Positions 11,745-24,350 of a stretch of DNA of 64,000 bases are shown here, one piece after another. A program made the position numbers and the translations under genes. The number at the start of each line of letters is the position of its first letter. Position 1 is the stretch's first letter. Source of the DNA: Eledone cirrhosa (taxonomy: Eukaryota); the NCBI GenBank assembly GCA_964016885.1, contig OZ024740.1, forward strand, positions 208,258,001 through 208,322,000, written 5' to 3'. The notes below the pieces were generated by a model. It ran no database searches. It had not been told where the DNA came from and worked only from the letters and a program-made list of their open reading frames with translations.

Positions 11745-13150
11745 ACTAGGTGCTTTTTGTCGTGACTCCTACATCGCCGCTTTACAGTGTAGGCTGGGTG
11801 CTGTTTGCTGTGACTCCTACACGACCACTTTACAGTGTGGGCTGGGTGCTTTTTGTTGTGACTCCTACGCGGCCACTTTACAGTGTGGGCTGGGTGCTGT
11901 TTGCTGTGACTCCTACACGACCACTTTAGAGTGTGGGATGGGTGCTTTTTGTCATGACTCCTACACAACCACTTTACAGTGTGGGCTGGGTGCTTTTTTG
12001 ACGTGACTCCTACACGACCACTTTACAGTGTAGGCTGGGTGCTGTTTGCTGTGACTCTTACATGACCACTTTAGAGTGTGGGCTGGGTGCTTTTTGTTGT
12101 GACTCCTACACAACCACTTTAGAGTGTGGGTTGGGTTCTTTTTGTCATGACTCCTACACAACCACCTTACAGTGTGGGCTGTGTGCTTTTTTGTCGTGAC
12201 TCCTACACGACCACTTTACAGTGTAGGCTGGGTGCTGTTTGCTGTGACTCCTACACAACCACTTTACAGTGTGGGCTGGGTGCTTTTTGTCGTGACTCCT
12301 ACACAACCACTTTAGAGTGTGGGCTGGGTGCTTTTTGTCGTGACTCCTACGCGGCCACTTTACAGTGTGGGCTGGGTGCTTTTTTGTCGTGACTCCTACA
12401 CGACCACTTTACAGTGTAGGCTGGGTGCTGTTTGCTGTGACTCCTACACGACCACTTTACAGTGTAGGCTGGGTGCTTTTTGTCGTGACTCCTACACGAC
12501 CACTTTACAGTGTAGGCTGGGAGCTTTTTGTCATGACTCCTACACAACCACTTTACAGTGTGGGCTGGGTGCTTTTTGTCGTGACTCCTACGCGGCCACT
12601 TTACAGTGTAGGCTGGGTGCTTTTTGTCATGACTCCTTCTCGACCACTTTACAGTGTAGGCTGGGTGCTTTTTGTCGTGACTCCTACGCGGCCACTTTAC
12701 AGTGTAGGCTGGGTGCTTTTTGTCATGACTCCTTCTCGACCACTTTACAGTGTGGGCTGGGTGCTTTTTGTCATGACTCCTACACAACCACTTTAGAGTG
12801 TGGGCTGGGTGCTTTTTGTCATGACTCCTACACGACCACTTTACAGTGTGGGCTGGGTGCTTTTTTGTCGTGACTCCAACACGACCACTTTACAGTGTAG
12901 GCTCGGTGCTGTTTGCTGTGACTCCTACACGACCACTTTACAATGTAGGCTGGGTGCTTTTTGTCATGACTCCTACGCGGCCAATTTACAGTGTGGGCTG
13001 GGTGCTTTTTTGTCGTGACTCCAACACGACCACTTTACAGTGTAGGCTCGGTGCTGTTTGCTGTGACTCCTACACGACCACTTTACAGTGTAGGCTGGGA
13101 GCTTTTTGTCATGACTCCTACACAACCACTTTACAGTGTGGGCTGGGTGC
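11745..13150. repeat. 48/49-bp minisatellite array (~29 units)
   Basis: Consensus GTGACTCCTACACGACCACTTTACAGTGTRGGCTGGGTGCTTTTTGTC, head to tail with no spacers. Confidence 0.95.
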
Positions 13151-13734
13151 TTTGGTGGGAATGGTTTGTGGGTATTAGGGAGGTGGCTATATTGGCATGT
13201 ACGAGGGGCGGAGTGTTAGGACGTGGGAGGTGTATGGAAGGAGGGAAGAAGGTGAAGGTGGTGTATACTATATGTATGCTTCAGCCTGTACCCATGGGAA
13301 GGCGGGTCTTCGGTATTACTGCATAACGCCAGAAATCCCGGTCCTGTGTCATCGCCTTTAAGAGGTGCAATTGGGCAAGGTCAGCTTTTATCACCAAGTC
13401 TTCCTAGGTCTTCCTACTCCAAGGCTTCCATCAACTTTGAGCGCTCTGCATCAATTTATACAGCTGACAGCCTTCATGCATATCACATGACCATAGCAAT
13501 GCAATCTGTTCTCCTGCATACTGCATCTCATTCCTCTTATGCTTAGTTTCTCTTTCAGTTCGTTTATGCTTTGCCGTTCACGTATATTACTATTACACAT
13601 CCATCGAAGCATGCAAACTTTATCCATTTCTCTCCCTCTCTATCTAACTATGTATCTATTTATCTCTATTTCTCTTTCCTTACTACAGTTTTCCAGCATG
13701 ATATACTTTTTACACGTGTACAACAGATTTATTG

Positions 13735-13769
<35 letters not shown>

Positions 13770-13770
<1 letters not shown>

Positions 13771-13800
13771 TAGCTGAGGTACCCAGCTTCGCCAAGGTTA
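13770..13800 (-). mobile_element. Helitron 3' terminus (hairpin + CTAG|T)
   Basis: The minus strand reads CCTTGGCGAAGCTGGG-tacctcag-CTAG|T. Confidence 0.55.
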
Positions 13801-13925
13801 ACAAATGATAAGAGAAGACCAGCAGGAGAGAAAACGTCTGTATTGAATGCATTGTCTTGTTTACAGCGTGTGTGTATGTTTGTGTGTGTTTGTGAATATA
13901 TATATATATGCGTGTGTGCGTGTAT

Positions 13926-14006
<81 letters not shown>

Positions 14007-14058
14007 CGTGTGTGTTCGTGTGTGTGCGTGTGCGTGTGTGTGCGTGTGTGTAAATCAC

Positions 14059-14143
14059 CGTTGGAATCGGAGACATAGGCCGGGAAACACGATCATCACG
14101 GACAACGAACTCGGGAGAGAATCCCTTATGGTTGATTCCCAAC
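14059..14143 (-). CDS. Candidate host-gene exon (85 nt)
   Basis: tttctagcag|GTTGGG...CCAACG|gtgatt; open as WESTIRDSLPSSLSVMIVFPGLCLRFQ or LGINHKGFSPEFVVRDDRVSRPMSPIPT. Confidence 0.4.
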
Positions 14144-14729
14144 CTGCTAGAAATAGCAGTCAGGTTGGTTAGCATACGTGGTATGTATTTCTTCTTCTTT
14201 GGTGTTATAAAATTAGTATCAATAAACTTTCCTGGATATACTCTTATCCTAATCCTGTACATACTTTCCGATTGTCACTTTTGGTTTTTTTCGTGTGATA
14301 CGCGAAGGAACCAACCAACAAACATCTCTCTTTTATATTATGTATAGATTACTATATCTCTTGTATTCAAAATATGTTCATTCAAAATATTTTCCAGCTA
14401 ATTCTGTCGTACAATATACATCAGCAATCGTTATCTAATGTTTAAAACATATGAATAGCTGCGATATATGCACCATATCAATCAAAAACGATATGAGAAT
14501 TGAATACCATACTAAAGCGCCAGTAAGCTTGCTAAGAACTTGCAGATAGAAATGTTAATAAATACAAACTTTGGCTTGGGTAAACTTTAAGGTGTTCTTT
14601 CATTGTAGGTTTCTTTTCTCCTTCTCTCCTTCCTCTCCTCTTCCTTCTTTTTAACAAACTTTACAATAATTTGTACAACCATAATGGAAATTCCAAGTAA
14701 CAGAAAATACATAAATTATATTGTTAGAG

Positions 14730-14915
14730 CCTCATATTTTTTGTTCGGCCCTCGGGAGCAAATATGAAAAGATTGTTTGGCAAGCTCACCCTAGATCATC
14801 CTACATACAATTGACCATGGTTTTCCCAGATGATTTTCCCAGCCACTTTTAGGGTTTGAACTTGAGCTTTGTTGATGGTAATCGCGAAGATTAGTCTCTC
14901 TGTTGCTCTAGCAAC
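14730..14915 (-). pseudogene. Helitron Pif1-like helicase C-terminal remnant
   Basis: The minus strand gives FAITINKAQVQTLKVAG...HGQLYVG*SRVS...FIFAPEGRTKN (helicase motifs V-VI). Confidence 0.75.
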
Positions 14916-15018
14916 ATTTTTTGTTCTCGAAAATCTGATCTTGCGGCCAGGCTAGGACTTTTTGGGTGGCATATCGGCAGTAACAATGACGATAAGCAGT
15001 CTGTCCTTTCGTGAAATA

Positions 15019-15575
15019 CATCGTTCCTGTGTCAGTGTTGAACAAAGCCCGAATTACGCCGTACAGTGTTTAGGCAACCACGTCACCTTTTTGTTCAACA
15101 CTGACACAGGAACGATGTACTAGTTTCAAGTTTATTAGCTATCGTCAGCATCGTATACCTTCCTGCCAGATAGTTGAACGTCTGAAAGTATATACTTTCC
15201 TTATGCATATTAACGGCTGAGCAGCCTAATTTGCATATCGAGTGAGTTCAGTCGGCCGGGCACACCGAAAACGATAAATGGAATAGAATGAAACGAAATT
15301 TCATTTCTCACTCTTAGTACGGCACTTACTTCGGGCTGTTTGTTTGTTTACAAACAAACAATCCGAGCATTATAATAAATGTTCGGTAAACCGATACGTG
15401 CATATATATATGTGTGCATGTATGTATATATATACATACTACTGTATGTCTGTATACATATATGTATGTACGTATACATACATACTTACATATACATATA
15501 TATATATACATATATATATAGATACTACTGTACGTCTGTATACATATATGTATGTACGTATACATACATACTTAC

Positions 15576-15580
<5 letters not shown>
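15019..15580. mobile_element. Rearranged copy of the 446-bp HHR unit (forward/inverted/forward)
   Basis: 15019-15046 = 2675-2702; 15047-15330 = reverse complement of ~2460-2746; 15330-15580 = ~2740-2905. Confidence 0.75.
15113..15153 (-). ncRNA. Type I hammerhead ribozyme
   Basis: CGATG-CTGACGA-tAGCTaataAACTt-GAAA-CTAG-TA^CATCG. Confidence 0.75.
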
Positions 15581-15632
<52 letters not shown>

Positions 15633-16097
15633 AATGTTCCCGCCAGTACAAATTCAAAATATTATTCCATGATACTAAATTTTATATGCCACAGTGTGCT
15701 AGAATGAAGTGTTGATTTGAGTCAGATTTCCACTCAGAACACATAGAGATGGACAGTAATGTATTTAGACGATTCGCCAACTTCTGGATTTCCATCTGCT
15801 AGAAGAAGTAGTTAATCCTCCTTAAATCACACAATGCCATCTCAAATGATGGAAGGACAAACTGGACGACGTAATTCTTGATGGTAAGATTATAGATTGA
15901 ACACAATTGATGACAATTGATCATCGATAGGTATGAATAATCAGCGTTGATCAAAGGCTAAATGTTATTAGCAATGGTGTACGGTTGATGGAATTAATCA
16001 TAGTATATGACTGGTATCTATATATATATCGACACCCAGAGAAATTAAAACCGAGTCAGGTTTAAACTCAGAACGTGAGGAAAGAATGGACTAACTA

Positions 16098-16286
16098 AAT
16101 AATTGTTTCTACTTTTGGCACAAGGCCAGCAATTACCCAGTACATTACTGGTACTTTATTTTATCGACCCTGTAAGGATGAAAAGCAAAGTTAACCTCGG
16201 TGGGATTTGAACTCAGAATGGCAAGGGCCGTAACTCTATGCATCAAAGCATGGTGTCCGACCCTCTACCGATACTGCCAATCCACT
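16098..16286 (-). mobile_element. Octopus OR/OK-type tRNA-derived SINE
   Basis: Reverse complement of GAGTTCAAATCCCACCGAGGTTAACTTTGCTTTTCATCC...GTCGATAAAATAAAGTACCAG; B-box-like GTTCAAATCC. Confidence 0.8.
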
Positions 16287-16679
16287 AAATAATGTAGTGC
16301 ATTCAGTTCGGCAATATGAAATTTTATCCGGCGACTTGATATGTAATCCGACAAATTAATAGCTGTATCAATTCACGGTCATCGATATGTTATGATTGTT
16401 TCCCATGGTGGGTTAGGTTTCGACGGAATTCCAACCGAATTCCTAATATCTTTTGACAAATGTCATAGTAGAAGTCACGGCCATATGGGGTAGCCAAGTG
16501 GTAGGTGAGCCTGTATCACGAGTTCTTGTTAAGATACGTCCGTATGGTTGTAAAGCCGTAGGGTAGCAGCTGTATTCCTTCATTTGTGCCGTAAGCGGGA
16601 AATTTGTGACGGTTGAAAACATTGATAGCTAATAGTTACATCGTTCATTCTATCTATTTCGGGTTTCTCTAGCATTTAA

Positions 16680-17012
16680 ATAATTGTTTCTACTTTTGGC
16701 ACCAGGCCAGCAATTACCAGTACATTACTGGTACTTTATTTTATCGACCCCGTAAGGATGAAAGGCAAAGTTAACCTCGGTGGGATTTGAACTCAGACCA
16801 TAAAGGGACGTAACTATGCTGGAAAGCATGGCATCTGACCCTCTACCGATACTACCAATTCACCGCCCTTAATAATTGTTTCTACTTTTGGCACAAGGCC
16901 AGCAATTATCCCAGTGTATTACTGGTACTTTATTTTATCGACCCCCATAAGGGTGAAAGGCAAAGTTAACCTCAGCGGGATTTGAACTCAGACCATAAAG
17001 GGCCGTAACTCT
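16680..17012 (-). mobile_element. Two tandem OR/OK-type SINE copies
   Basis: Same consensus at 16680-16868 and 16872-17012. Confidence 0.8.
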
Positions 17013-17269
17013 GACAAACATATGTTCCTGGTATGACGCTAGTCTGTATCAAACAATTTTTCCAGAATAGTTCGGTTTCTATATCTAAATCCTTCAAAAT
17101 AATCCAGTTGATTGGGTATTCGGAATTGTATATACTTGTATATATATATACACGTAATTCAGTAATATAGTAATACACACACACGCACACACACACACAA
17201 AAACACACACACACGCACACACACACACACACACACGTGCACATTCACACACGCACACGCACACAAAAC

Positions 17270-20030
17270 CAGCACCTTTACGGACTTCCGAAGATCCACA
17301 AGTGGAAAATATTTATCGATGCCTGTAAACAATCCACCTCAACCTGCGTGAACACAATACCCCACATACCTTAAATTAAGACCAATTGTAGCGGGACCAC
17401 AATGTGAAACACTATTATTGTGTCTTTCGATGTAGTGAATCTCTACACAACGATCCCACACCAATACGGACTAGAAGCAATGGGATTCTGGCTAGAGAAA
17501 TATCCCAATGAGATACCTGACAGAATAGAAAAAAGCTTCATCATCGAGGGATTAAAATTTATTTTACAGAACAACTTTTTTGATTTCGTTGGCAGTACTT
17601 ACAAGCAAATATCGGGGACTGCGATAGGTACAAAAGCCTTATGCCAACTTAGTCATAGCATACTTGAAAGCCTTATGCCAACTTAGTCATAGCATACTTG
17701 GAAGTCCAGATATATGAACAGTCCAAATCAAAATACGGATTGAACTTCCACAAATATTTATCAGATAATTGGAAACGTCTCATTCTTTGGTCTCACACAC
17801 TCGACCAACTAAATGATTTCAAAAATTTAATTAACGGCATCAATAACCACATCCAATACACAATGGAATTCAGCCAAGATCAACTCCCATTTCTGGACAT
17901 CTTAATCTTTAAAAAAAGACACAAATATTGAAACTGACATACACTACAAACCAACAGATTCCAAACAATACCTGCTATTTTACCTCCAACCATCCAAAGC
18001 ACACGAAAACGAACATCCCTTTTAACCTAGCAAGAAGAATTTACACAATTGTCTCCAATTATGAAACGCGAAATAAAAGACTTCAAGAATTGAAGGAAAT
18101 TCTACTCGAAAGGCAGTACCCACCATTACTAATAAATGGAATAGCAAGGGCTAAAGCAATAGGCATTGATGAATTACGAAAACAGAAAAAATTCTATCAT
18201 ATATCTCAACACACAACCCAAGAAATGCGGAAGCTTACAACACTATTCACAAGAATATCCCACTATTGAAACAAGACCCAAGAATAAAATAAAGCCCTTG
18301 AAACACACAAAATAATCAAAATCAAAAGACAACCGAAATCACCAAAAACATTACTCACCAATGCCAAATTACCTACCACAAACTCACAACCAACTGTAAA
18401 AAAATGTGGTCGCTCTAATTGTGGAACCTGCACTCACCTCATTGAAGGCAACACATATACATTTAAATCAGGACAAAATTTTGCTGTAAAAAATCAATTC
18501 ACTTGCTCATCAAAAAATCTAATTTATGCTATTAAATGTAAAGGATGTAATGAAGATTATATAGGACAAACTAAACTCACACTCAGAAACAGAATGACAG
18601 TTCATCGCCAACAATTACGAGATCGAACCACGAGACAGATACCACTAAGTGCACATCTAGACATATGCGCAAGTAATAAGACATCCAAATTCCAAGTCTT
18701 CCCATTTTATCTTTGCGCTGACAATACAACAGAACAAATACGAATAAATGAGGAAAATATGTTTATTCAAAAATATAGACCAGCATTAAATATAGTTTAA
18801 TATACATTATGTCAACACCATAACATGCTAACCATCCAAACAGACACATACATACACACACACAAAACACCTTCTACTTTAGAAAATAAAAACCAGAACT
18901 AAATAAACCGTAACATACATTAATACTCTAACACCTTAACATGCAAACCACACACCCCACACACACATAACTCCCTCCCCCATGTCTACTAACAGAATCA
19001 TTTTCCTACACACACACACACAAAAATATATATATTCTCTCCATCTTAACATGCTAACCATACTCCCACACACACATACACACACACACACACACATAAC
19101 ACCCATACACGCACACACAACTCCCTCCACCATTTCTAATAATAGAATCATTTTCCTACACACACACACACAAAATATATATATTCTCTCCATCTTAACA
19201 TGCTAACCATACTCCCACACACACATACACACACATAACACCCATACACACACATAACACTCATACACACTCACAACTCCCTCCCCCATTTCTACTAATA
19301 GAATCATATTCCTACACACACACACAAGCACACAAATAAACATACATATCTCTACTTTCTTTATTTCAATAGAAAGTCTGAATTCTGACACCCCAGCGCA
19401 CCAGCCATATTCACTGAACCAGAACAATTCTCCCTATCCCATTTTTCTTGACCATTATCTTTTGTTTAGCACAACATTTTCTAAAAGGCTACAAAATAAA
19501 TTCCAAAATACGGGCGCGAAATTTAATGTACTTGTTCACGTGACAGTCATAATTTCATTTATAACCAACGAATTACATTTATAAAAAAAAAAAGCCTTTG
19601 TGAGCCACTTTTTTTTTAAGTAAAAAGAAATTCAAACACAAACTAGCGCGAAACCTGATGTGCTTATTCACGTAACTGCATCAACCAACCAAACTTCACT
19701 CATATATGAAAAAACAACCTGAACCCCTCTTTGTTTGAAGGCAAATATAATAAGAACTTTGTAACGCGAACTGGAGCGAAATTTATTATACTTATTCACC
19801 AACCAACCAAATTACTTCTCTAAAAACCTGGCATTTCGAGCCACTTTTTTTCCATATAAAACAGAAGTAACATTCAAAGACCAACCAGATGTGAAAAAAA
19901 CCCCACAATTCCTCCATTTGAATTCTTCTTTTGAAAAGCAGAAGAACTGCGAAACAGGTAAAGGAACCAAATAAATATATATATTTAAAAAAAAAAAGAC
20001 TCCAGCTGCATTTTCGATTTCATCTTTTTT

Positions 20031-20034
<4 letters not shown>
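17270..20034 (+). mobile_element. Penelope-like element (Neptune-type), 5'-truncated and frameshifted
   Basis: RT motifs YGLPKIHK, SFDVVNLYTTIP, QISGTAIGT, LPFLDI; CGRSNCGTC linker; GIY-YIG (NLIYAIKCKGCNEDYIGQT, HRQQ); stop at 18800; repeat-rich 3' UTR. Confidence 0.85.
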
Positions 20035-20074
<40 letters not shown>

Positions 20075-20246
20075 AAAAAAGATGAAATCGAAAATGCAGC
20101 TGGAGTCTTTTTTTTTTTAAATATATATATTTATTTGGTTCCTTTACCTGTTTCGCAGTTCTTCTGCTTTTCAAAAGAAGAATTCAAATGGAGGAATTGT
20201 GGGTTTTTTTTCACATCTGGTTGGTCTTTGAATGTTACTTCTGTTT

Positions 20247-20247
<1 letters not shown>
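19858..20247. repeat. Near-perfect palindrome (~175-bp arms) centred on (TA)n
   Basis: ORFs 19812-20174(-) and 19931-20389(+) translate almost identically; the same family recurs at 22915-23090 and 61683-61840. Confidence 0.9.
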
Positions 20248-20320
<73 letters not shown>

Positions 20321-20339
20321 GAGAGAGAGAGAGAAATTA

Positions 20340-20385
20340 CTTCTACAGGGCTTGAACTGTTTCATTCAATTGAAATCATCGGCGG
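20340..20385 (-). ncRNA. Hammerhead-like motif, CCGAUGA core variant
   Basis: CCGATGA-TTTCaattGAAT-GAAA-CAGttcaagccCTG-TA^GAAG; stem I is disrupted by a local inversion; related copy at 51749-51796 (+). Confidence 0.45.
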
Positions 20386-20843
20386 ATGAAACAGTTCTAG
20401 TTCTGTAGAAGGCATTTCTATATATAATAAAGAAGCCTATACTCTGTCAACGTGTTGAGTACATTATTAATTGTTGTAAACCTCCGACACAACACGGGAT
20501 TCTACATATTGTATGAATAGGACACGGTCACCTGACCCAACTTGCCTCAAATGGGACAACCCGTCTCACCCATGCTAGCGTGGAAAATGGACGTTAAATG
20601 ATGATGATAATATATATGAAAAATGGGCGTTTTGGAAGCCTCTACAATGCAGATGGGTAAATCTTTGGGTAACAAAATCAGATGGCTGTAGAAAGAAGGA
20701 AGAGAAATGTTTCTTTCTACATTTCTCCACCTTCTTACTGCCACCGTATTTTGTTACTTGGAGATTTACCCCTCTACATTGTAGAGGCTTCCAAAACGAC
20801 CATTTTGCATATTCCACAATGCTTCAAGCAAACGTAAACACTC

Positions 20844-20907
<64 letters not shown>

Positions 20908-20928
20908 GCGCGCGCATTCAATGCTTAC

Positions 20929-21088
20929 CTCTGCTTTCTGGATGATAAATCGGATCAAGGAAATTTTTCGCCGAATCTGAAGATTCTTTAGAGAAGACAT
21001 TATGAAGTTTGTTCTGAATGATATCAACTTGAGTCCAGTATCTGGGATAGAAGCCAACCCCTTCAACAACGTGCTGATATTCTGATCC
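20929..21088 (-). CDS. Candidate host-gene exon (160 nt)
   Basis: tctcatattctag|GGATCA...GCAGAG|gtaagc; unique sequence between microsatellites; open as GSEYQHVVEGVGFYPRYWTQVDIIQNKLHNVFSKESSDSAKNFLDPIYHPESR. Confidence 0.55.
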
Positions 21089-21172
21089 CTAGAATATGAG
21101 ATAAAGAAGATTCCTATATATACATATGCATACAAATATACACATATATACATACATACATACATACACAGG

Positions 21173-21206
<34 letters not shown>

Positions 21207-21213
21207 CATATAC

Positions 21214-21283
<70 letters not shown>

Positions 21284-21439
21284 TTACTGCTGCAGTACTT
21301 GACGGGGAGATGTTGCCACAAAGGCCACTACAACAACGAAAATACAAACAGGTTAAAGACGAACCTGGACCTGATCGATAGATATTGTATAAATATCTTC
21401 GATTGGTTTCTGGGAAATTCGAAGCTACACTCCAAGTTG

Positions 21440-22700
21440 CTTAATATGCAAGTCAGTAATGTACCCTAAGATGGAACGAGGATATCCCTTTCTCAACAGG
21501 CGTTTCAATTCGTATTCACGAGGCGGCAACAGAAGGCGTTGTGGCGTGCAGAATGATAATGATACTACCCCGCACGCCATAGGATATAATAGTACTAACT
21601 ACAGAAATAATGGCGGTGGCGTGGATAATAACATAGGTAGCGATAGTAATGGCCTTACTTCGGGCACTAGCAGCCATCGTAGCGGCAGAGATCGCGACCG
21701 ACAATGCAACTGTCGAGATCAGGGAAGCTGTCCACTCAGGGGAAGTTGCCTAACAGATAATGTTATTTATAGGTGCACCATAACTAGCCATAATAGCGTC
21801 GAGCAGTATATAGGGGCCACCTCTGGCTCGTTTAAAACTAGATTTCGAACACACCTCCACTCTTATAGAAACAAGAAGCTAAGATACTCCACGTCGTCAC
21901 TCGCCAACTACATCACAACATTAAAAGACTCCAACATTGGCTTCTCTACATACTGGGAAATTGTCAACAGGGCAACACCGTACAACTTCAAGAGGAAGTG
22001 CGAGCTCTGCCTCATGGAACTTTACCATATCATAAGAGCACCCCTAGAGCTCATCAACAGCAGAGCAGAATCTTTGATAAACTGCAGACACAGAATAAAG
22101 CAGTCGTTCTATGGCTGGATCTCGGTTGAGACCTGAAGACCATAAACTGGGTCCCCTCCCCCTTTCACCACACCGTAACGCGCCGGTGGGTAGGCTGCTT
22201 AACTAAACATCTGTACACCAACTATGCCTCTCAGATCCGGCCTGACTGGGCAATAGTAAAGTAGCACCCATAAAATAGTAATGGAAAATAACCATCTTGC
22301 GAGTGGACAATAATCCATTTGGGGACATTTATTCAAACACCGGCCACAGTTACTCCCCTTCCTCTGTGACAATAAGAACATGTCTGTTTGAACCAAGGAT
22401 GAACTTTGGTGTGACTATCGCTAAAAAAAAAACCTTCTAAGTCTTGTACTAAACACTCTCTAGACTTGTATGCCCTTGAGAAGCCCTGTTCGGGCGAAAC
22501 GTACGTAGATGCTTTAGTATAAACATGTTCTAAAAGTCTGTATTCTCCTTTGTAATCCTTTCATTTGTAACCGCTCTGCTTATATTGTCGCCCGCTAAAT
22601 ATTAACGCTTCCGATATTTAACCCTGTAGGCACAAGTATTGAGCACAAATGCACCAGCTTTTGGCAATTAACTATATGTATCGCTTATCCCTTTATACCT
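21440..22700 (+). mobile_element. Penelope-like element (Naiad-type) 3' fragment: GIY-YIG domain plus pLTR
   Basis: ORF 21459-22136: CNCR..CPLRGSCL..NVIY..YIGAT..FKTRF..H..CELCL.E..CRH. Confidence 0.8.
22468..22512 (+). ncRNA. Hammerhead, U3-A8 variant, weak stem I
   Basis: TTGAGAA-GCCCtgttcGGGC-GAAA-CGTACG-TA^G, downstream of the Naiad ORF. Confidence 0.6.
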
Positions 22701-22723
22701 CTACTCTCTCACGATACGAAAAT

Positions 22724-22761
<38 letters not shown>

Positions 22762-23080
22762 AAAGTTCTATTTAAATTGTTGAGATACAACAAGCAAATT
22801 TTTTTTTTATATAACTGATATAAAGCACTCGACAAGTATTTGGAGTAAATATACGATATTAACAAATGGATATATATGTGAGAAAAACCACAGACCCTCC
22901 ATCTCAACTCACCTTTTGAAAGGCAGAAGAACTACGAAACCGGTAAAGGAACCAAATAAATATATTTTTTTTTTTTTAAAATAAGACTCCTGTTGCATTT
23001 TCGATTTCATCTCTTTTTCTTTATACTTTCACTCGTGTAGGACACCTCGGTTATTTTTCATTTTGTAAAAAAAACCTCAC

Positions 23081-23174
<94 letters not shown>

Positions 23175-23298
23175 GTATGTATATGTATATAAGCATATAT
23201 ATATTTCCCCAAAATGGCTGAGTGAAAACACGTACTTTTTCCGTTCCTTCCTCTTTTCGCTCTCTATGTTCCTATTTCATTCCTTAATACTCATTCTA

Positions 23299-23334
23299 TT
23301 TTCTGATGAAGGTCTAGTGTCCGAAACGTAAAAA
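23299..23334 (+). ncRNA. Minimal type I hammerhead in PLE pLTR remnant
   Basis: TTTT-CTGATGA-aGGtctagtgtCC-GAAA-CG-TA^AAAA; same family at 34075 and 62527. Confidence 0.6.
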
Positions 23335-23463
23335 CTCTTTTCTTACTATGTCAAGCGTTAAACTAACATATTTCTTCGTTGAACCGTGGTGTTTGCTTTC
23401 TCTCTCTCTCTCTCTCTCTCTCCCTCTCTCGCCCTCCCTCTCCCCCTCTTTCTCCCTCTCTCG

Positions 23464-23509
<46 letters not shown>

Positions 23510-23661
23510 ATGTAAGGAGTTTAACTGAAGTTGGAAACTATGGCACTGTGCTCCTTCCAAGAACTTAATTCAAACGGTACCGATACTATCTTTTGTTTGA
23601 AATATTGGTCTATTGCGAAGATTAGGTAGTGGTAATACATAGTAAATATATATATATACTG

Positions 23662-23712
<51 letters not shown>

Positions 23713-23813
23713 TTATATATATATGTTTGTGTGCGTGAGAGAGAGTGTGTGTGCACATATATGTATATATATATATATACAGACATACATATATGTACAT
23801 GTACATATATATA

Positions 23814-23930
<117 letters not shown>

Positions 23931-24114
23931 ATAGCTGTGTATGTGCGTGTGTATGCATGTATATATCTGTATGTATGTATGCATGTATACATTGGGGACT
24001 TGCATCTAAATGGCAATAACGTAATTAAATATTCATTTATTATCCCTAGGGGTGCAGATTAATCCCTATTTTTAGTTGTGTGGCGTTTACGTTGAAGTCT
24101 ATTTATAAATAGTT

Positions 24115-24350
24115 TGTTCATTATCCCCTTCATTATCCCTATTTCACTTCACTACCCACTCCCTCTCCCCTTCATTAACCCTATTTCACTACCCACTTCC
24201 TCTCCCCTTCATTAACCCTATTTCACAAACCACTCCGTGTCCCCTTCATTAACCCTATTTCCCTACCCTCTCCCCCTCCTCTTCATTAACCCTATTTCTC
24301 TTCACTACCCCCTTCCTGTCCCCTTCATTAACCGTGTTCCTTTTCACTAC
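24115..24350. repeat. ~35-40-bp degenerate minisatellite
   Basis: CCCCTTCATTAACCCTATTTC recurs about 6 times. Confidence 0.8.

Noticed and set aside
11745-13150. CRISPR array or repeat-protein gene (ORFs with RSHDKKHPAHTVKW repeats)
   Set aside because: Units are contiguous with no unique spacers, there are no cas genes, and frames break at 49-bp units; it is a minisatellite.
11745-13150. RSS-like signals (GCTTTTTGT nonamer-like, TACAGTG heptamer-like)
   Set aside because: Orientation and 12/23 spacing do not match a recombination signal sequence.
16098-17012. tRNA genes
   Set aside because: The B-box-like motifs belong to SINE heads; no cloverleaf can be formed.
24115-24350. Interstitial telomere (TAACCC)
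   Set aside because: There is only one TAACCC per longer minisatellite unit and no tandem hexamer run.
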